From contig NW_024704742.1 of NCBI RefSeq assembly GCF_018977255.1, positions 88,786,001 through 88,850,000 of the forward strand: a stretch of DNA of 64,000 nt, read 5' to 3'. Below the pieces are notes generated by a model. The model worked only from the letters and a program-made list of their open reading frames with translations, searched no databases and was not told the origin of the DNA. Origin of the DNA: Callorhinchus milii. Its lineage: Eukaryota. The translations under genes were made by a program, and so were the position numbers. Below, in pieces: positions 25,131 through 39,399 of this stretch; the first letter of the stretch is position 1, and every line of letters begins with the position of its first letter.

Positions 25131-27033
25131 AAATCTAATCTTTGACATAACAATTTCAGGTGTGCTTTAGCGCATACTAAATTTCCTGATACAATTTGTG
25201 CCAATGATTGTCTAACTCCATATTAGGAATATGATCGTTGGGATTTCTCTAACCTTGGTAAACTCAGTTCAGAATAATAAGTACTAATAAGGTAAGAGAC
25301 ACATTTATGCTGTTCCTTATACTAATACATATCTGTTTTCTCATTATGTTCCTTGTTTTTAATTAGCACCAGGAATGCTTTAATGAACACCCTAAATTTT
25401 TACCCTAGAAGATTTCCAATGGAGTTTTACAAAAGCTGCCCTTATTGTATCATTCTCACCAGCTGTTGAGCTCAGTCAGGCTACATTTGAATGCTATCTT
25501 CTCCACTGTTTATCTTGATTCTCTGGTTTATCTCAGATATGAAACACTGATTGTCCAGCGCCTTGGGATGTCCTTGGGACGTTTGTTGTTGTTGTATTGT
25601 GTGGCTGTTGTTTTGTACTCAGTTCAGGTTGCTTTCAGGTGTAAAACACTTGCATATAAGCAGCTGTTCATGTCAGATGTCATTCCGGGCAAGGCAGTGC
25701 TGCCGAAAGCACCATTCCAGCAATGCAAATTGGGCGGCTCTGCTTGTTACATGTCATGAATGCTCTTTGCAAAAACCAACAGGCCTTTGCAGATTGTGTG
25801 TTTTGGACTGAAACACCTGGCAAAAAGATTGCACATTGGCAGCAGCNAAAAAAGCAAATTATAAATGTGGCAATTTGCCTGCTGTAGCTGTGGGGTTCTA
25901 AAACCTGTGGCTTTTATCTGAGCAATATGATAGCAAGCGCAATGAACTGTGGTGATATAATAAGAGGCTGGCAGGTACATATCTTAGAACTGCAGAGACT
26001 GAGCAAAGCAAACCTCAGTGGTGACTTATTTCAATTCTGTGACCTTTATAAGTTGAAGTATCTGCTTCTCCCAAGTGGGTCCAATACAACGTGCAGTGCC
26101 AGAGGTGCCAATAGTTTACAGAGGTAACTTGAGGCATTGGATTGGGTCATCAGTTGCAAGCATCATTGTCAAGCTTGCAACAGTTAACTGACCAATCCAA
26201 AATGTTAGATCTCTGTTGAACTATTGTAGTCCTACTCGGTTTGATTTTTTTTCACATACATACACGCATACTTTAATTTATGCAACTACCAACAGCTAAA
26301 CTGCTTTAGGACACTGTGATACAGTGTTCCTGGGGCAGTTATACCACCCTGTTTATTTGTCAACAAAGCTGCCAATGGTAGTACCATCCTCAGTGAAAAA
26401 GATGAGCTTTAACGTCCCTTGCAGTGAGTTGGCCTTCTGAGTGAGACTGACTCACTGTCAATTAGTGGTGAACTGAAGATAGTTTTGTGTTGGGATCCCA
26501 CATCCGGTAGAGATGATGTTTAGAAACTCTTACAGCCAAAAAGAAAGACATTTTCATCTCGTCAATCTGCACTTGACTCACAACCCTACCAAAAAGTGAA
26601 AGGCCAGCACTCACGATCATTGGACCAAATAATTATTTAAAACTGCTCTTTACATTTCCTGTAAAGATATAATTCTATCTATTTTTGTCCCTTGTGACTT
26701 CAGACACTGCAGGAGAAGTATTGGCCTCTGCTTGGCACCTCCGCACTGCAGAGCTGCTGAGATTGGCACCTTGATGACACGTCAGAATAAATTTGCATCC
26801 CCTGTAGCATGGTAGCACATGTAAACATATCAGCTGCAACTCTACGATGCATCAGGCTGCTTAGCGAGAGAAAATAGTTATTAATATTGCATATTAATAA
26901 CTGCATCTATACAAATTATGTCAGGTTCAAATGTAACAATGAGTGTAACTGTGAGCCGTATAATGAAATGTTAGATACAGAGGTAGAAGGTATTAATATC
27001 TACTCCAAGTGTTCCTTATGTGTTCAATCTATA

Positions 27034-27372
27034 TGTAGTTTTGTTGTTAGAGCATTTGCCTCGCAAGCGAGAGGACTTTGGTCCGATTCCTAGGTTGGGC
27101 AAAATATTAGGCAAGTTTCCTTACTTCACACACCTCTGTTTACCTGGCAGTAAGTAGGAACCTGATTGCTTTTCCGGGGATAATAATCCCTCAAGAAAAA
27201 AAATAATGATTTGGTCACTCAATCCATGACTATTTGTGGGACACTGCTGTGGACAATTAGCTGCTGCATTTAGCCCACAAAATATTCAGTCAATTCTGGA
27301 TATTCTGTGACCCGCTTTGAGACATCCTGAAGACGTGATAAGGCGCTATATCAAATGCAAAGATTATTAATA
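27034..27372 (+). mobile_element. SINE, long variant
   Basis: Head, CTGTTTACCTGGCAGTAAGTAGGAACC segment, tail. Confidence 0.9.
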
Positions 27373-29083
27373 AATTTATGAATAAAATTATTAATAAAAT
27401 CTACCAACATTGGTATAATGATTATAATGTTGACATTGCAAAATTGTGACAAGTTATTTCAAGTCATCACATGATAGGCACTGATGAATAAAGCCCTTCA
27501 GATTATTTGATCTCATACTTCCAAAATATCCACCCTACTGTCGGTCTATTTCAGTATTGACTGTTTCTTTATTGAGTGCAAGTAGTGACTGTTCTCCTTG
27601 GGGCAGGAGCAGGGCTTCCTTGGAACCTAGTTTATGCTTAGCAACATGCTTGCCAAAAGAATGTTAGTATCAAGTCAACTCTCAGTGGTGCCTCCAGGTA
27701 GACTAGTTCCTGAGTTAGGCAATCTAATGGTCTTCCAGGGCACTGCTACTGACAAACCAGTCAGCGTGGCTCATCAGCAGAACTTGGAGGGGCAGATCCA
27801 TCAGTGGGGCAGGGATTCTTCACACTGAGCTTCTGTTAACCCTGCAAGTTTAAAGCACTTTTGCATCCCTGAACCTGAGCCCTCTTGTTCTCTTGCCTTG
27901 GCATATCTTTAAATCCTTGTCCTGGGTTGCCTTGCTCAATCCCATTCGGAATCTTGCAAAGGTAATTGAACTGAATCTCCATTTCATTCATCCAGTCCCA
28001 CCTCTGCAATTCCATTGTGTTTTAGATATTATTAAAGAGCTGGTTGTGTGGCTATGTTCGTAACATTGCAAATGGTGCAGAACTCTTTCTTGTGTGGAGA
28101 ATGAGTGGATATATATTGTGTGTCTTTATACTGCAGGGAGTGAATTGATTTCATAGTGAAACTAACGCTTCAATTTGGCTTGAGTAGATGGTCTCCAGTG
28201 AAACTTACTTTAAGACTGCAAACCACAAACAGGATTTATACCTTTTTTAATGCTACTGCCACAAAAGTAGTCACTTTTCAAAGGGTTACACTGACAATTG
28301 CTTGGGTTGCTTTCTGTACATCTTTCTTTCTCTTGTATACATTTTAACTGGGATGTCCGGCATGCATGTGGTTTAGAGCATGATGATGCGCTCACACATT
28401 TTTTAGGTGGTGAAGGGGAAAATGATAAGTGTCATTGGTGATGATTTCATTCATGTTGCTCAGTAATATCACTCATTGTGCAGCTCAAAGGAATTACTTG
28501 AACCAGCTATCCATCTATTCTAGGTACTTTAGATGGATATTCAAAGCAATATATTTCCTTCTGGATAGGCACATCATGCCAAATAACATGTTACCTTTAA
28601 AACATTTTGATTATGTAATGATATTCACCATTGCTTTTAAGAGAGACAGAGGCCCTCCTCAGCTTGTTGGTAAATTTACTGACCTTAACTGGCAAGCATT
28701 CCCATTATATGCAAACAGCTCGAGGTCATAAAGTATACAAGGCAAGTGGAAAATAACCCCTAGAACAGTGTTTACAAAGCTGACAGTCCATTTTAAAATT
28801 TCTGTTTTGACTCAAAAGAAAATTTGCAAATTTATTTCGATAAATTAGCTTGTAAAGCTTTATTTACCTGCATAGACTCTACTTTACCAAAGTAGATTGC
28901 CACAACCTCTGTTTTCTAGAACAAAGTGTACGATTGGTGCTGAAATGACATTGGAGTCCAATACAGGCTATTTTAAGAATATAAACTATTGAGAAGGCTG
29001 GCATGGTCAACCTTGCTCCTCCCAGATCTCTGGAATGACTCCAACAAAATGGAAAAAACTTATTTGGGCTGCATTGAAGGCTG

Positions 29084-29462
29084 TGGAGTCCTGTAGATTA
29101 ATAGTTAGAGCATTTGACTCACAAGCAAGAGACCTGGATTCTATTTCCGGCAGGGAAAAATGTTGGAGAAGTTTCCTTACTCAACACCCCTCTGTTTACC
29201 TAGCAGTAAGTAGGAACCCGATTGTTAGTTGATTGGCAGATCGCTTTTCCGGGGATAATAATCCCTCAAGAAAAAAACAATAATAATTTGGTCACTCAAT
29301 CCACGACTGTTTGTGGGACACTGCTATGTGCAATAGGCTGCCATGTTTTGCCCACAAATATACAGTCAATTCACTATACAGTATATTCTGTTAATCTCTT
29401 TGAGCATTCTAGAAGACGTGAATAGCGCTATATCAAATGCAAGGATTATTAGTATTATTAAT
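29084..29462 (+). mobile_element. SINE, long variant, full length
   Basis: TGGAGTCCTGTAG...ATCAAATGCAAGGATTATT. Confidence 0.92.
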
Positions 29463-29849
29463 AAAGTATTGGGTATTCTTGGAAGACTAATATGCAATTA
29501 TGTGAGATTCCACCCAGTCTTAGCCTCTCAGCCAACGATGCCTTAACATTTAAGATTACGCAGTGTTGTAGATGATTGGTAAATTCTGTTTTAGTTTGGA
29601 AACTCGTTTTCCTTAAAATGACAAAATGGTCTTTCTGGTTAGACTAGGTGAAAGTCTGGGCATGAGTTGCCCTTATGATTTATTAACGCTTTATCATTGA
29701 TGGATCCTTGCACTGGTAACACCATCTTTCCAGGCTTATAAATTGTCCATTCACTACATGGCTGTTTGTGAGACAATGCTGTGCATAAATTGATAGCTGC
29801 ATTCACCTGCAAATACACAAATCCTTTGAAGCTCTTTGCTCAATAAGGC

Positions 29850-30428
29850 ACCACCACCACCACCAATAACCACTTACATTTATATAGCGCTCTCCATGCC
29901 ATGTGGCATCCCAGATCACTTAACAATGGCAGAGCCCGATGCTGAGCAGGGGAAAGGTGACCATAGACACGGTCAAAGAGAAAGGTCTTCAGGTGCAACC
30001 TGGAAGTGCGGAAAGAGGGGGCAAAGTGAAGGGATTGAGGGAGGGAGTTCCATAGCTTTGGGGCATAGTGGCTGAAGGCACGGATGCTGATTGTAGAGCA
30101 GAGGATTTGAGGGACAAGGAGGAGGCCGGAGACAGTAGAGTGGAGGCAGCGTAGATGCTGTGAGGAGAGAGGAGGTTGGAGATATAGGGCGTGCCAAAGC
30201 TGGTTGGATTTAAACACTAGAATGAGGATCTTGAAATTGATCCGCTCTGTGACAGGAAGTCAATGAAGTTTGGCAAGGACTGGAGTAATCAGGGTGTGGA
30301 CTTCAGTGCGGGTGAGGATGCGGCTGGCGGAATTTTGGATGAGTTGAATTTTGTGAATAGTGGAGGAGAGGAGACTGACGAGGAGGGCATTTGAGTAATC
30401 TAGCCAAGAGTTGACAAAGGCATGACAA
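29850..30428 (-). mobile_element. L2 3' fragment
   Basis: WLDYSNALL...ITPVLAKLH...APKLWNSLP...LKTFLFDR. Confidence 0.9.
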
Positions 30429-31609
30429 GGACAAGGTATCAAATGTAAGGATTATTATTTATTATATATTATTATTAAGTGTGAGCTTGCAGAAATAAGC
30501 TCGTTCAGCACATCCAAATCAATCCACCATCTGGATCCTTACTAGTTTTTCTTTTATCTCCCCTACCTCAACCTATTCTCTACTTGTTGTCAACTCATGA
30601 ATTGACTCTGTTCCATGTGAATGCCAACGTCTACTGTATTGAGCTGTAAGCCAATTCCCCAACTGACTGAAACCAAAAAATCCCATTGTATTTTGTAGAT
30701 CATTTATCTGTTCAGTTGATCATTTCAAAAAAAAGTTCATAAGAGGGCAATGAATATTTTGCGCATATTCAAACAGTGTTCAAATATTCATGAAGGAATA
30801 ATTGAAATCTTGAGAGAGTTCTATCAATTGAACAAGCTGGGCTAGTGCCAGAGCACAATGAGGTTTCTACAATGACAGACTTAGTGGGCAGTCAGTCTCT
30901 TGTTACAATGAGGGTTATAATGGCCTGCTTTAAGTTGCTAGTAGGTTTTTTTGCACTTTGAAATGCACCACAAACGTTGCCATTGGAAGTCTGTGATAAA
31001 CATGTTATCATTTACAATAAAGCACTTCATTCTATTAATCAGCACTTTGATCATATGTGATTCTTGTGTGTGCAGGTTTATAACAGCAGAGAGGGTGTAA
31101 CAAAAGTCATTTTGACATTTCTTTTGAGATCAATCACCATGCTTAAGAGTCTCCAAACCAAACTATGGTGCATTACACGTACATTTGGTTTCCATTTGTT
31201 GTGTATGCAGTGTGCATCTCTCCTCTAAGGGATGTATCCTGCTTACCTAATTCCAGACAGTTTAGGCGCAGGTTGGCAAATGCCAAGGCTTGTCAAACCT
31301 CAACATGTGATTGGTGAATTGCTCAAATTTAACCAACTAATACCAGGCAGCTTGCCATTGGGAACACTGCAAACTTCCTGCTGCTTGTCCAGCAAGGACC
31401 ACTGTAACTGTTCAGCTTTGGCTTGCAGGATTAACAGGAGCTGACTGGGAAGAATCCCCGCATCCAATTCCTCCAAGTCTTATTAATGAGTCAGGTGCCA
31501 GCTCCAACGTCAGCAGTGCCTTGGAATACTGGGAACCTATCTGGCTCAGAAACCAGACTGCCAAGACCATCACAAAGATTGATTCATATACGCTATTTCA
31601 TTGCCACAC

Positions 31610-31721
31610 AAGTTTTGCCCACAAAATATACATCAATTCATGTTACAGTATATTCTGTGAAGCGCTTTGAGACTTCTTGAAGACTTGATAATGTGCTATA
31701 TCAAATGCAGGGATTATTATT
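31610..31721 (+). mobile_element. SINE 3' fragment
   Basis: CCCACAAAATATACA...GTGAAGCGCTTTGAGAC...ATCAAATGCAGGGATTATT. Confidence 0.85.
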
Positions 31722-31939
31722 TTTAGGTCAACTCAGAGTTATGCCATTGCCAAAGGGATCACACTAGCCTTCCCCAAACACCTCTTTCGAGGAGGAGGAG
31801 TTACTAATTAAAGTACAATAAACACTGGGTTAACGATAGGAGGTGGCAGATATCTGGTGCTATGTTGCATATGTTAGATGTGTATAACATATGCATTTTC
31901 AGTATTAATTTATATATACATGTATTAGATGAGTTGTAT

Positions 31940-32105
31940 AACAACAACAACTTGCATTTATACAGATCCCTTCATTCAGGACAGTTTCCCGGAGTGCTGA
32001 ACAATTGTGCAGGTTGATACCGAGCCGGAATGAAAGAGGAGGAAACCGTAGGTACGGTCAAAGAGAAAAGTCTTTGGGTGTGATCTGAAGATAGGCAAAG
32101 AGGAA
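31940..32105 (-). mobile_element. L2 3' tail
   Basis: (CAA)n CTTGCATTTATA, CGGTCAAAGAGAAAAGTCTT. Confidence 0.75.
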
Positions 32106-33159
32106 TCATAGAATAATTCGAGATCAGCAAAATTTTGTTGGTACTATAAAATTAGTATTCAACTACAATATTAGCAGACACGTCAGTAAAATTATCCTAT
32201 ATAAAATGCATATGATGTGTCCCCTACGTACCCATGTGTTTGATGTATCCCAGAGTCAGTATTGTAAACAATTAAATAATAATAACTATTATAATTATAA
32301 TCCTTGCATTTGACAAAGCACCTTAAAATGTCTAAACATCTCAAACTCTTTGCAGAGTTGTCTGTGTATTTGTAGGGACAGGATTCAGTATTGCTACTTG
32401 AATATGCATCAAGACAATTATTAGGAGTCGATGTGGCAGAAAAGTTGAGGCTTTATCCAGCAACGGTTTCTATTACTGTAGTTTCACTGGATCATTCAGT
32501 GAGTCTAAAATCGTCTTTACCCATTTGCTGACATTCAAATTTATATTCCTTCTGTGCTTGGTGCAGGGGATTCCTCCTAACCTCATTAGAGACGGGGCTG
32601 CACTCGCTGCAAGAAAGTGTTTAAAGATAGCTGGAGAGTGAAGATATGTTCTCTTGCTATTTTAGATCTTTCACTTTGTGGGAGAGAGTGGAGTGAAGCT
32701 GCATTTCATGCTATGATTCATTGATGTAATATCAAACGGTAACAGAAAAACATCAGTCCACAAGGGGGATTCTCCTCACTAACCCATCACGAAAGGCACA
32801 TGTGCGTCTTTGGGGCACAGTTTTGTTTTGATAATGGGATGACATGAAACAAATTAGGGAGCACTAATGCTGTGGATGATGCCATGAATTGTATAGCTAT
32901 GGGCTTCAATAAGCTCTCTCTAAAATTTCAATGTTGATAAATTGAGAGCAATTTTTTTCTTCAGTGCTTGTCTCATGTCTCACAATATTACAAGGAAACA
33001 TTTTGTACACCACCAGAAAATTCACTGACATACCTGTGGCACATTCACCACTTTGATCCGTATATCACAGTCTGGTTTGGATGCTCGTAGCCCTGGTGCT
33101 GGGTATCCGCTTGTGTCAAGCACCAGGCAAAGAGTAATTGTACATGTACAGGGAATACT

Positions 33160-33985
33160 CAGAAGTCTACCTCTCTGTCTCCATCCATGATTCCAGGACC
33201 GCTCCTGATCTGAGATACTATCTGTCAGGCATCAAGGCCAGAATGAGGTGTAATTTTCTCCAATTTTACAAAACAGAAGCTCTCCTGCTTTGCTTCCGTC
33301 AGCACGTTCTCACCTCAGACACTGACTGAAATTGACTTCGCTGATCATTCACTCCACCTCATGGAGCCTGTATGGAACCTCAGCACTATGTTCAACTCTC
33401 CTTCAGACCTTTCATCCAGGTCTAACCAAGTCTGCTTTCCTCCATCTTCGCAATGTTGCTCCGCCACCAGCTCACCCTCAACACAGCCAATACCCTCATC
33501 CACATCTTTGTCACTTCCAGACTCGGCATTTCCAAATCCTTCCTCACTGACCTCCCCCTTCCCCCTTCCTGCCACAATCTCCAGACCACCCAGAACTTTG
33601 GAGTCTGTATTCTCTCTGACAATACGCTCCATGAGCTATCATCTCCTTCCTCGCCCAGCTCCGCTGGCTCCCTATTTCTCAGTAGATCAACATTAAAATC
33701 AGTGTCCCTCCCTTAAAATGCTCTGTAACCTCCACTAACCTTATTCCCCTGACTTATCCTTCACTCTGCCAACTTCATGCCTGTGTACATTCTGTTCACT
33801 ATCAGCACTTTGCCCCTTCCCCTGCTTTCAAAGCTCATTTAAAAACCTAAACCCTGTTTATTTGACTATGCTTTTGATCACCTCACCTTATCTGCCTTCC
33901 AGCTCGGGCTCCCACTCAGACTTTATAAAACACTGTCAGATGTTCTCCCTACATGAAAAATTCTATAGCAGTGCAATTGTGGTTG
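33160..33985 (+). mobile_element. Old L2 3' fragment
   Basis: NFLQFYKTEALL, TANTLIHIFVTSRL, LQTTQN; degraded tail. Confidence 0.8.
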
Positions 33986-35454
33986 TGAACAAGTATTTTG
34001 GGCATCGTTTGTTACATTCAATCACTCCTATAACAGATACAGCACAGCCAAATTCACAATAACCTCACTGTACAATGCTCCAATTGTGCCTTAATTCTGA
34101 GCTCACCAGTGTGATGCTTCCATTACTGTGATCCCTCCCTGTGACGTTGAAGTTCTGGTGAATTTCAGGCAAGTTTTGTGCTGCGGTTCAATAGGAATCT
34201 GGACAGAGACTAACTAATCTCATTGCGGGGAAGATTCTCACTGTAAACAAAGGGTGGAACATTCATCCCATCAACCTATGGTCCAGAGATAAAGTAATAG
34301 AGAGTTAAACCACAGTGTTAAATGGCTTAAGATTTTGCAACACCTTTCAATAAAAAATGAATAAAGGCATCATCGTGGCTCTAGTGTCTGGGAAGCTTTC
34401 ATTTTTAATTTCTGCAAAGATAAGAGCTACTCACTGTATCTTCACCAGCAGTAGAGCAAAAGTGCTCAGAAATAGTTGAATAATGGAAGCCTTGCAATAC
34501 TGCCTATTTATCATTACTGGCAAGGAGGATAACAAGTTGTTGCAGTTTATTACAATGTTCTAGTTACCCGCAGTAGAACAAACAGCATAGTCAAGGTACA
34601 AAACAATGCTTGACGCCCTAAACTGCTCAAAAAATAATTTGAATTTCCACAGGCATTTTTCACATCGAACTTTGTGTCCCCTGGGCAAATAGTCAAGTAC
34701 CCTCAGGCTCTTTTTCTCTGCTCTGTATGCCTCATGCATTGCTGGAAAGGTCACTTACCGTATCATGTGCATACTATTACCCAAAGCCATCTATATCGGA
34801 GCAGTTGGTAGATACCTTTGGGATAGATTCAGGCAGCACCTTAGGATTGCGAAGGTCAATGACCTTTCCAAACTCATTGGTGTAACCTTGTCTTAACAAT
34901 CATTTTCATGACCTTTCTGAATGTGCTCACACAATGTTATTGATGGCAAACATCACCACAAAGCAGTTGAAACCAAGCTTAGTCATCCAAATGTCAACCC
35001 AATAATGTAATGGATTAAATGTTCCTACAATCTTTTACTAAATCTCCTGCACCCCTCTTTCCAGCATTGTCAGCATATTCTGCCGCACTGCTTTCCTGCA
35101 AACTCTTATCAATTGTTTTGCAAATGTTGTTCCTGTTTCATCACTTGGGGACATCCTCCCAACGTGAAAGATGCTATAAAAATTTAATTTGTTGTTGTTG
35201 TTGTTTGTTGTTGTTTCTTCCCTCCAAGGCTTGAAGTGGTATGGAGACAAAGCAGCGCAGTGGGATTGAACAAACACCTTTCTCTGAGAGCTAATGCAGA
35301 CTTGAAGGGAGGAATGGCCTCATTCCGTGCTATACATTTCTAGGCTATTAGGATTCTCCTGAAGGCAATGGCTCCATGAGTCCATGGGTTTCAGCAGCCC
35401 TCCTGCATCACAATCAAGTCATGTATTGCAAGCTTTGGCAGAGCTAATTCACAG

Positions 35455-35630
35455 GGTCTAGATGAAGAAGGCTTTTCAGCCTATCCAATCTCATCACTTC
35501 AGAGCACCTACTCTACTGTCTCCCCATCACTGCATCAAGTTACTTTTTAAATGAGTCTAGTATCCTGGCCTCAACCACTCTTGCTGGCAACCTGTTCCAG
35601 CTGTTGATTACCCTCCGTGTAAAGAAAAAA
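35455..35630 (-). mobile_element. Old CR1 3' end, flanked by AmnSINE2-like pieces (~35352-35445, ~35680-35780)
   Basis: Homology to 7330-7540. Confidence 0.6.
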
Positions 35631-36221
35631 AATGTCAAGCTTGATCCTTTTCTCACTAATCTTAACTCTGACCAATTTGAAGGTGCTAAGGCTAGTTGCT
35701 ATAATCTGAAAATTATACTGACTGATAGCAGACTGGAAATTAAGCCTACAAACCTTAGTGACTATATGGATTAGTCTTAAAACTGGAAGTTGGCTTCACC
35801 ACAAAACCATCGGGGGAGCCTTATCAATTTCCTGTTTTCTGAATGTCGCAATCATTGCTACATACTCATCCCAGTTTAGACCTATTGCTGTCCTTCCCCT
35901 GTGTCCTTTATCTATTGCCCTTTTGGACTGGCTCCTGAAAGAGGTTGGGATTGTCATGTAAAATAGGCTGCCATTTGTCGGGCGCCGCCAAAAGCATAAA
36001 ACTTTGTCGGGGCTTAAATGGAACTTTTAAACTACATTGCATGGATTGGTAAGCATTGGGAGCCATTCACAGGGACACTCGGGAAATTTCCTGATTTCCC
36101 GTACTCCCAGTCCGTTCCTGTGCACCACATTATTCTTCTATTTCACACCTTAGGATATAAACTGGGAGATTTACAAAAGAATTATAAATAGAGATTCCCA
36201 CATGTTACCAATGATACTCCG

Positions 36222-36337
36222 TTTTACCCACAAAATACACTCTACAATATATTCTGTGAAATGCTTTGAGACGTCCCACCGATGTGATAAGACTCTATTG
36301 CAAATGCAAGGATTATTAGTATGATTATTATTATTAA
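36222..36337 (+). mobile_element. SINE 3' fragment
   Basis: Tail homology to 2785-3110. Confidence 0.8.
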
Positions 36338-37154
36338 CTCCAGTCAGATGCCGAATTCAGGGAAATTGAAACGGACATTGATAGAATTGTAGAGCTTTGG
36401 ACTATGACACATCCTAGATTTGCTATTTACAAATCCTTTTGCAAATCTTTCAATATAGACCGTAATTTGCATGTTCTCCCCTATAATATCCCTGCATTCT
36501 TACAGAGATCATTTTCTCTGTTGTTTACCACTTACTTGAAAACAAACTTGCAGTCAAATCTTCCTCAGTTCAATTATCTTTTTCCCTTTCAGTTTTTATT
36601 TCCAGGAACAGTTTGAGTCACCATTTTTTTCTCCTGCCAATGACTGGACATAATTTTAAAGTGTTCCTCTTGGATTATGTACCCCGGAGGAATATATTAA
36701 ACATATAAAATCAGGACCAGAAAGTGCTGCTGTGGAATCTTAGAATCATAGAAATTTACAGCACAGAAGGCCTGGCTCTGAGAGCAAGATATTCATTAAT
36801 CCCGCTGCCCTGCCTTAACCCCATACCCCTTCAATCCTCTATCTTTCATATACAATGTATAAAATTGCTAAAACACAATCTTGTAGATTTTTTTTGAACT
36901 GACACATCTATGTAACTTTTCACTAAAGCTTCGCAGCTTTTTTCATATTAAAAAAATCGGAATCAAATACTAATTTCAAAAATTTGTAAGTTTTATTTAG
37001 GATTCGAGTCACGATAGTACAACAATAATGGAAATGTCTTTGTATACCTTATGCAATAGGTGCCTTCAATGCAACCTGTCTCAATATACAATGTATATAT
37101 TTTACATACATTCTCAAAACATTTAATCTCTGAGTGAGGTTGTTGAATGCTTTT

Positions 37155-37170
37155 GCCAACAGAGGGCAGT
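37155..37170 (+). promoter_or_regulatory. CTCF-like motif
   Basis: GCCAACAGAGGGCAGT is one mismatch from CCASYAGRKGGCRS, in unique sequence. Confidence 0.3.
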
Positions 37171-37750
37171 TGAAGGCCACTAAACACTGAGTTTTTAAGC
37201 CCTGCAGAGAGTGTGCTACGCACGGCAGGGGAACAGTGCTGCACTGGGGCAACAGTGCTTCAGGGACTGGATTTGCAATGCATCTGCAATCAGTTTATCA
37301 TCATAATTACTGAATCCCACCATTAACAATGACCATTTATACTGTGACCTTACTCCGAAAAACGTTTCGTAACCTTTCTTGTCCTGACTCGACATATTCA
37401 TTGCATATTGTAGTTCCTATTTGATGATGATTTGATCATCGGTAATGAGCAATAAAGAGGCTGTCAAATGCACACTTCACAGTTATTGTGAAAATGTTTG
37501 ATAATTGGGTGGTTAAGAAAATCATGGAAAGGAGCAAATAACTATAAATAATTTAATTCTCATTTCCGTCAGGCTTTTAAAAAAAACACTCTTGACTTTT
37601 AACTGGATGCCAATCAGAAGTTATTGAATGAACATGCAGATACTGTAACCTGCAACATTTAAAATGTAACAGGTACTTGAACACATGAAGAATGTTTGGA
37701 TATCTGAATGTGCCAGAATGGCTTATTGGTAGCACTCTAGCCTCTGAGAT

Positions 37751-38226
37751 ATATTGACTCTGGAGGGGATGCAGCGTAGATTCACCAGAATGATACCAGG
37801 GTTTAAAGAGTTACATTATGAGGACAGGTTACATAAACTTGGTCTCTATTCCTGTGCTTTTAGAATGTTGAGGGGTGATCTGTTTGAGGTTTTTAAAATA
37901 ATAAAGGGTTCAAAAGGTAGATTACAGAAAAACTATTTTCTCTGGTGGGGGAATCCAGAACAAAGAAGCATAATCTTAAAATTAAAGGCCATTTAGGAGT
38001 GAAATTAGGAGGCTATTTTTCACCCAAAGGGTAGCGGAAATCTGGAACTCTCTTCCCCAGAAGGCTATGGACCCTGGATCCATTCACATCTTCATGACTG
38101 AGGTGGATAGATATTTTTTAGGTCAGGGTATTAAGGGATACGGGGCAAGGGTGAGTAATTTGACTTGAGGTACAGATCAGCCATGATCTTATGGGCTGAA
38201 TGGCCTACTCCTTTTTCTATGTTATG
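37751..38226 (+). mobile_element. CR1 3' fragment inserted in a DeuSINE head
   Basis: LEGMQRRFTRMIPG...MLRGDLFEVFKI; terminus CCTACTCC..TCTATGTTATG. Confidence 0.9.
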
Positions 38227-38541
38227 GGTTCAAGCCCCAAGTCGAGATTTTGAACTCATATAGTCTAAGCTGACAATATATCTTGTGAAGCTTGGGGACA
38301 TCCTTTTGATATGAAAGGCGCTATACAAACGTAAAGATAATTATTATTATTATTACCTCAACTGTGTACACAGAATACAGCTATCAAAGCCATAGTCCAT
38401 CATGCTGTTCCACTTTTAAAGATATTCCCTCTAACCTCAAATATCTCATAAAATCTTATTGTATTTTATTACCAATATGGTTTGGGATCGTTCAGAATTA
38501 GATTTTTTCAAATGCAGGAATCTTGCTGTTTATATAAACAC

Positions 38542-38880
38542 AGGCTGACACCCCATGGCAGTACTGGGGATGCACTGTATTGTTGGAGGTACCGTCCATC
38601 CATTAGACTGAGGACCTGTGTACCTGTTGAGGTGTATGTTAAAGATCCTGGGGCACTATTTGAAAAAGTGAAGGGAGTTTCTTTCAGTGTCATGGCCAAT
38701 AAACCTCTAAAACAATCCATTACAAAACATTCTCTACATAGTTGCTGCTGAATGATACAGTATAATATTAAATTAGAGAAATGTTTGAAACCGATAAACA
38801 CAACAGTCTGTTGAAGCATTTTGAGACATCCTTCTGATGTGAAAGACACTAGATCAAATGCAAGGATTATTATAATTATT
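38542..38880 (+). mobile_element. Deu-domain SINE body and tail
   Basis: AGGCTGACA...GTTGGAGGTACCGTC...GTTAAAGATCCTGGGGCACTATTTGAA. Confidence 0.75.
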
Positions 38881-39399
38881 ACAAATTGATTTTAAATGGG
38901 TAAAATAACCAAACTTTCAAAACGTCAATTATCCTCCAGTCACTTTTCATGTGGAAATATTTTCCATTCTGCCTATGTCTGCATACAAGTACACAGTGAC
39001 TACATTTTAATAAAAAGACACAAATAATGTGGAAAAAATGACATGTGTTATCATAAAATAATATGTTACATTTCAGTTTGTGTCAATGGATCTCCTGAAT
39101 GGAAGGGTCTTTCTGTGTAGTTACCAATGGTTTATCGAGCAGTCTATTTGTATCAGGTCCTTAAATAAATGGAGCGAGCTGTAGTTTTAGTGGTACAAGT
39201 CACTGGAATTCTGTGGTTGGAAATTGAAATCTGCACCTTTTTTTTGTGAAATGTTTTGGAAGCTGGAGAGAAAATGTAACATAATTCGTTATTTCATCCT
39301 TTGAATGTACAAGCTTGGGATTTGTACCTGTAACATGACTCACAACTTTAGATAGGCCAAGTTCCTAAAAGCAGAGCATCAGTCTTCAATACCCACATG

